Origin: Clostridia bacterium
GTDB lineage: Bacteria > Bacillota > Clostridia > Christensenellales > CAG-138
Assembly: GCA_030527165.1 (NCBI GenBank)
Contig: JAUNBH010000006.1
Coordinates: 1-47,654 of the forward strand
DNA length: 47,654 nucleotides
Direction: 5' to 3'
The notes under the pieces are model-generated. The model saw only the letters and a program-made list of their open reading frames with translations. It searched no databases and had not been told where the DNA came from. Positions 44,394 through 47,654 of the stretch are shown in pieces. Each line of letters opens with the position of its first letter. The first letter of the stretch is position 1. A program made the translations under genes and the position numbers.

Positions 44394-44897
44394 ATGATGG
44401 ACTTCGATGCGGCATACGAACAGTATTCCCGCCTTGTTTACTGGGTGGCGTTCAATGTCGTTAAGAATCAGGATGAAGCGCTCGATGTCTCGCAGGAGGT
44501 CTTTCTGCGCATGTACGACCGCAGGGAGTCCGTGCTGAGGTACAATGACCTTCAGCTCAAGGGCTGGTTGTACAGGGTGGCTACGAACGCCGCGCTGGAT
44601 GTGGTGCGCAAGCGCAAGCGCGAGACGCTCTACGACGAGGCGCCTTTCAATCTCGCGGACACGTCGCTGAACCCGCTGGAGCAGCTGGTGGACGATGAGC
44701 GGCAGCGGCTCTTGATGCAGGCGGTGGACAGACTTTCGGACATATACCGGGAGCCGGTGATGCTGCACTACTTTTCCGGGCTCAACTACGCCGAGATAGG
44801 CAGGCTGCTGAATCTCACGGAGGGCACGGTAAAGTCCCGCATGTCGAGAGCGAGGGCGAAACTCGCTGAACTTATAGGAGATGACGAAGGTGTATAG
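44394..44897 (+). CDS. ECF-type RNA polymerase sigma factor (sigma-70 family)
   Basis: Region 2 (YSRLVYWVAFNVVKNQDEALDVSQEVFLRMY) and region 4 (YFSGLNYAEIGRLLNLTEGTVKSRMSRARAKL) are present. The start could be 44391, 44394 or 44397 (GTG ATG ATG). Confidence 0.88.
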   Translation: MMDFDAAYEQYSRLVYWVAFNVVKNQDEALDVSQEVFLRMYDRRESVLRYNDLQLKGWLYRVATNAALDVVRKRKRETLYDEAPFNLADTSLNPLEQLVDDERQRLLMQAVDRLSDIYREPVMLHYFSGLNYAEIGRLLNLTEGTVKSRMSRARAKLAELIGDDEGV

Positions 44898-45693
44898 CGA
44901 ACACGAGATCGACAAACTGATGGCGGACGGCGCGGAAACCGCGAACCGCTCCGTGGACTTCGGGGCGCTGAGGGACAGGATAGAGCTGGAGCGCAAGCGC
45001 CGCGCGAAGCGCAAGAGGACCGTCGCGCGATTGACTGGCATAGCGGCGGCATTTGTGGTATTCATAGGCGTCGGGGCATTTGCCATGAGCGGCCTCTGGG
45101 GAGCGAGCATCGATCGCGAGGAGAGTCCGAAGGTGGCGGATGGCTACACCGCGGCCCCGATAGACCAAGGGGACGCGCAGCGCCTGGATCCGGAGCGGCT
45201 GGATGCGAGCGAGGATGACATAGAGGGTATGTACAGCGCATATAAGGGCGGCAGTTCGTCGCAGAGCCCGTCGGACCTGCAGCCGGCGGCGAGGTCGTCG
45301 CTCATAACGACGTATTTGAGAAAGATAGAAGCGTTTGACGAGGAGCTCTCGGAAATAGTCGTGATAGGCGCGGGCGGTGATTTCGCAAAGAAGGGCGTCG
45401 TGCCGGAGCTCGTAATACCTGATCAGTGGAGCACGACGCAGATAGACATAACGCGCAAGTACGCGATAGCCGAACTCAATGAGGACAACTACTACATGGC
45501 CGCGCTGTGCGCCGGCGTGGAGTCCGTTCAGCTCAATGTTGGCGAGTGCATGATAGAGGTGCGCGAAAGCGGCATGGTGCGCGCGCTCTGGCGGGTGGAT
45601 GCGGAGAGGCTGATGTATGTGGAGTGCAAGGGGCTCACGCGCGACGATGTTCTCTCGGGTCTCAAATCGCTCAACTACACCGATGCAATGTAA
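44881..45693 (+). CDS. Putative anti-sigma factor (single-pass membrane protein)
   Basis: 270 aa. It overlaps the sigma gene by 17 nt. It has a short cytoplasmic N-terminal part, one TM (LTGIAAAFVVFIGVGAFAM) and an extracytoplasmic domain. Confidence 0.6.
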   Translation: MTKVYSEHEIDKLMADGAETANRSVDFGALRDRIELERKRRAKRKRTVARLTGIAAAFVVFIGVGAFAMSGLWGASIDREESPKVADGYTAAPIDQGDAQRLDPERLDASEDDIEGMYSAYKGGSSSQSPSDLQPAARSSLITTYLRKIEAFDEELSEIVVIGAGGDFAKKGVVPELVIPDQWSTTQIDITRKYAIAELNEDNYYMAALCAGVESVQLNVGECMIEVRESGMVRALWRVDAERLMYVECKGLTRDDVLSGLKSLNYTDAM

Positions 45694-45754
45694 GTGGCTG
45701 ACTGCCGGCTCGCGCCGGCTCTGCATATTAGAATAGATTAAAGGGGGCTTGACC

Positions 45755-45970
45755 ATGAGTAGAAAGAAACTGTTCGTAGTGTTGTTGGCGTGCGTGCTCA
45801 TAGCCGGCATAATAGTCGCCGGGGTAACGCTTGCGCAGAACGCAGGCGGCGAGGATAGCGGCTACAACACCCGCAAGCTGGTCGAGGAGGAGCGCGCGCC
45901 GGAGCTGTTTGACTGTGATAACATAACCAGCGCGACACTTGACGCAGCGGAGAAGAAGGCGGCGCCGTAA
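45755..45970 (+). CDS. Small single-pass membrane protein
   Basis: 71 aa from ATG 45755, with an AAGGGGG SD 7 nt upstream, and one TM helix. This is the last gene of the sigma operon. Confidence 0.5.
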   Translation: MSRKKLFVVLLACVLIAGIIVAGVTLAQNAGGEDSGYNTRKLVEEERAPELFDCDNITSATLDAAEKKAAP

Positions 45971-46135
45971 TCCGGAAATAACGGTCAAATATGGCGAATA
46001 AGGCTTGTGATATGGCGGTATACCGTATGTCGGCGTACCGCTTTGCTGCGGTTTTTGCGGCTTTTTGGCGCGCTAATGCGGACGCGCCGCGCATATGCTA
46101 TAATTACGGATACAGGCACTGACGGGAGGCTGCGG

Positions 46136-46708
46136 ATGGATAAAAAGGTGACGCTGGGCGCACTGTTCTGGGCGTTCGTGCGCATAGGCGCGCTGACATT
46201 CGGCGGGGGTTACTCGATGTTGCCCATGCTGGAGCGCGAGTGCGTCGAAAAGACCGGCTGGGTGACGCAGGACGAGCTGCTCGAGTACATGGCGATAGGG
46301 CAGTGCACGCCCGGCATAATAGCAGTAAATACGGCGACGTTTACCGGAAACAAGCTCAGGGGCGCGCTCGGCGCGGCGGTGGCGACGGCGGGCGTGGTGC
46401 TGCCATCGCTCATAATAATCACCGTAATAGCCGCGCTGCTCTCGAGCTTTTTGGACGTTCCGGCGGTGCGCTATGCGTTCGCGGGTATACGCGTGGCGGT
46501 GTGCGCGCTCATAATCAACGCGGTGGTGAAGCTGTTTCGCAAAAACGTGCGGGACATATGGGGCATAGCGCTCGCGGTGGCGGCGTTCGCGGTGGTGGCG
46601 GCGCTTGGGGCCTCGCCGGTATTCGTGGTGCTGGGCGCGGCGCTGTTTGGCATAGCGCGTATGCTGATCGAGAATGCGCGCACAGGGAAAGCCGGTGAAC
46701 CGAGATGA
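46136..46708 (+). CDS. chrA: Chromate transporter (short-chain CHR family, half 1)
   Basis: FWAFVRIGALTFGGGYSMLPML is the CHR signature. The start at ATG 46136 has a GGGAGG SD. Confidence 0.88.
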   Translation: MDKKVTLGALFWAFVRIGALTFGGGYSMLPMLERECVEKTGWVTQDELLEYMAIGQCTPGIIAVNTATFTGNKLRGALGAAVATAGVVLPSLIIITVIAALLSSFLDVPAVRYAFAGIRVAVCALIINAVVKLFRKNVRDIWGIALAVAAFAVVAALGASPVFVVLGAALFGIARMLIENARTGKAGEPR

Positions 46709-47286
46709 TATACCTTACGCTGTTCCTTGAGTTCTTCAAAGTCGGCTTGTTCGCAGTGGGCGGGGGACTTGCCACCATACCGTTCCTGATGGACATGGCG
46801 GACAGATACGAGTGGCTTACGCGTGAGATGCTCGCCGATATGATAGCCGTATCCGAGGCGACGCCGGGGCCGATAGGCGTCAACATGGCGACATATGCGG
46901 GCTTTCAGGCGGCGGGCGTGTTGGGTTCGCTCGTGGCGACGTTCGCGCTGGTGCTGCCGTCGTTTGCAATAGTGCTGATAATTGCGAAGTTCCTGGACAA
47001 ATACAGGCAGAACAAGCTGGTAGACGGCGCGTTCTCGGGCATACGGCCGGCGGTGACGGGGCTCATCGCCGCCGCGGGCTTCTCCGTATTCCGAATCGCC
47101 CTGTTCACCGCGGAGAGCGGGACTCCTTTTTGGGAGTATGTGCAGTCGATAGACGTGCCCATGCTCGTCTTGTTCGTCGTCGTGCTCGCAGCGTCAAATC
47201 TCAAGCGCATAAGGGAGTGGCATCCCATTGCGTTCATAGGCCTTTCCGCCGTAGCGGGCGTGCTGATAAACTGCGTGCTTCGCTGA
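46705..47286 (+). CDS. chrA: Chromate transporter (short-chain CHR family, half 2)
   Basis: FFKVGLFAVGGGLATIPFL signature. It overlaps half 1 by 4 bp. Confidence 0.88.
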   Translation: MIYLTLFLEFFKVGLFAVGGGLATIPFLMDMADRYEWLTREMLADMIAVSEATPGPIGVNMATYAGFQAAGVLGSLVATFALVLPSFAIVLIIAKFLDKYRQNKLVDGAFSGIRPAVTGLIAAAGFSVFRIALFTAESGTPFWEYVQSIDVPMLVLFVVVLAASNLKRIREWHPIAFIGLSAVAGVLINCVLR

Positions 47287-47430
47287 GGCGCGCGGGAAGC
47301 CTCGGCGCAGCGGCTGGCTATTGGCGGGGAAAGACTGTCGGTGAATCAGTAGTATCATCATGCCGTTCTTTCTCCCTCAGAGCGTTTTTCGCGATTGAAT
47401 ATTACCCTTTGCGTATTGATACTACAATTC

Positions 47431-47654
47431 TCAGGGCAACGAATACACACAGGTCAGTTTATCGCGAATTGTATCCCTGAGATTGTGTGTGATGATGATT
47501 ACGCCAAGCTCCGGAGCGTCCAACAGGCTGGATTCAATATCCAGAGCGTTCGCCTCATCCAGCGCAGAGGTGCCTTCATCAAGTATGATGTACTTCACTT
47601 TGCGTATCAGGGCACGAGCCAAGGCGATGCGCTGCCGCTGACCGCCGGAGAGGT
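47431..47654 (-). CDS. ABC transporter ATP-binding domain, C-terminal fragment (the gene continues beyond the window)
   Basis: Reading the minus strand from the window edge gives LSGGQRQRIALARAL (ABC signature), then YIILDEGTSALD (Walker B), then ITHNL (H-loop). Confidence 0.85.
   Translation of the reverse strand, partial: LSGGQRQRIALARALIRKVKYIILDEGTSALDEANALDIESSLLDAPELGVIIITHNLRDTIRDKLTCVYSLP

Noticed and set aside
47290-47430. A small minus-strand ORF (MMILLIHRQSF...) with a GGGAG-like SD downstream of the ABC gene.
   Set aside because: It is short, runs antisense into the end of chrA, has no recognisable features and is not in the supplied ORF track.
1-47654. A search for CRISPR arrays, tRNA/rRNA genes, transposases, integrases, reverse transcriptases and toxin-antitoxin pairs.
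   Set aside because: I found no direct-repeat/spacer periodicity and no tRNA-like T-arm (GGTTCGAATCC-type) sequence in the intergenic regions. No ORF has the motifs of mobile-element or defence enzymes.

Overview
This 47.6-kb window looks like core chromosome from a high-GC, endospore-forming Firmicute (Clostridia-like): spoIIR, sleB and ypeB are present, and ATA-Ile and GC-ending codons are frequent. I read about 48 protein genes directly from the ORF track and sequence motifs.

Content from left to right:
- A signal-peptide surface protein with four Ig-like modules, a DUF1015 protein and an AEC transporter.
- A long minus-strand gene string: a PPKTG-anchored 5'-nucleotidase, ApbE / Gx transporter / NusG-II, two S26 signal-peptidase paralogs (one lacks the Ser/Lys dyad), DUF951, MscS, LplA, a DUF3137-like protein, a GT-C membrane protein and PepF.
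- A lower-GC islet holding a 300-nt ORF-free structured leader and an orphan lipoprotein gene.
- clpB preceded by a perfect CIRCE operator, then spoIIR-sleB-ypeB.
- ispE, rpmE, udk, an MBL hydrolase, a CPBP protease, rlmH and a YbaK-like editing protein.
- Two peptidoglycan hydrolases, DUF1858-queT and a GH13 glycosidase.
- A complete oxidative ornithine-fermentation cluster (ord-ortA-ortB-oraS-oraE-glmL-like-orr) continued by argF and alr.
- An ECF sigma/anti-sigma module, split chrA genes, and a low-GC partial ABC ATPase at the right edge.

I saw no rRNA, tRNA, CRISPR array, transposase or phage genes.

The items most likely to be undescribed:
- The unclassified structured leader at 15.45-15.78 kb.
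- A family of very GC-rich, hairpin-containing intergenic repeats at about 4.2, 19.9 and 24.0 kb, with possible degenerate copies at 13.5 and 17.0 kb.
- The catalytically dead signal-peptidase paralog.

All homology calls rest on remembered family motifs and alignment by eye. Nothing was computed.
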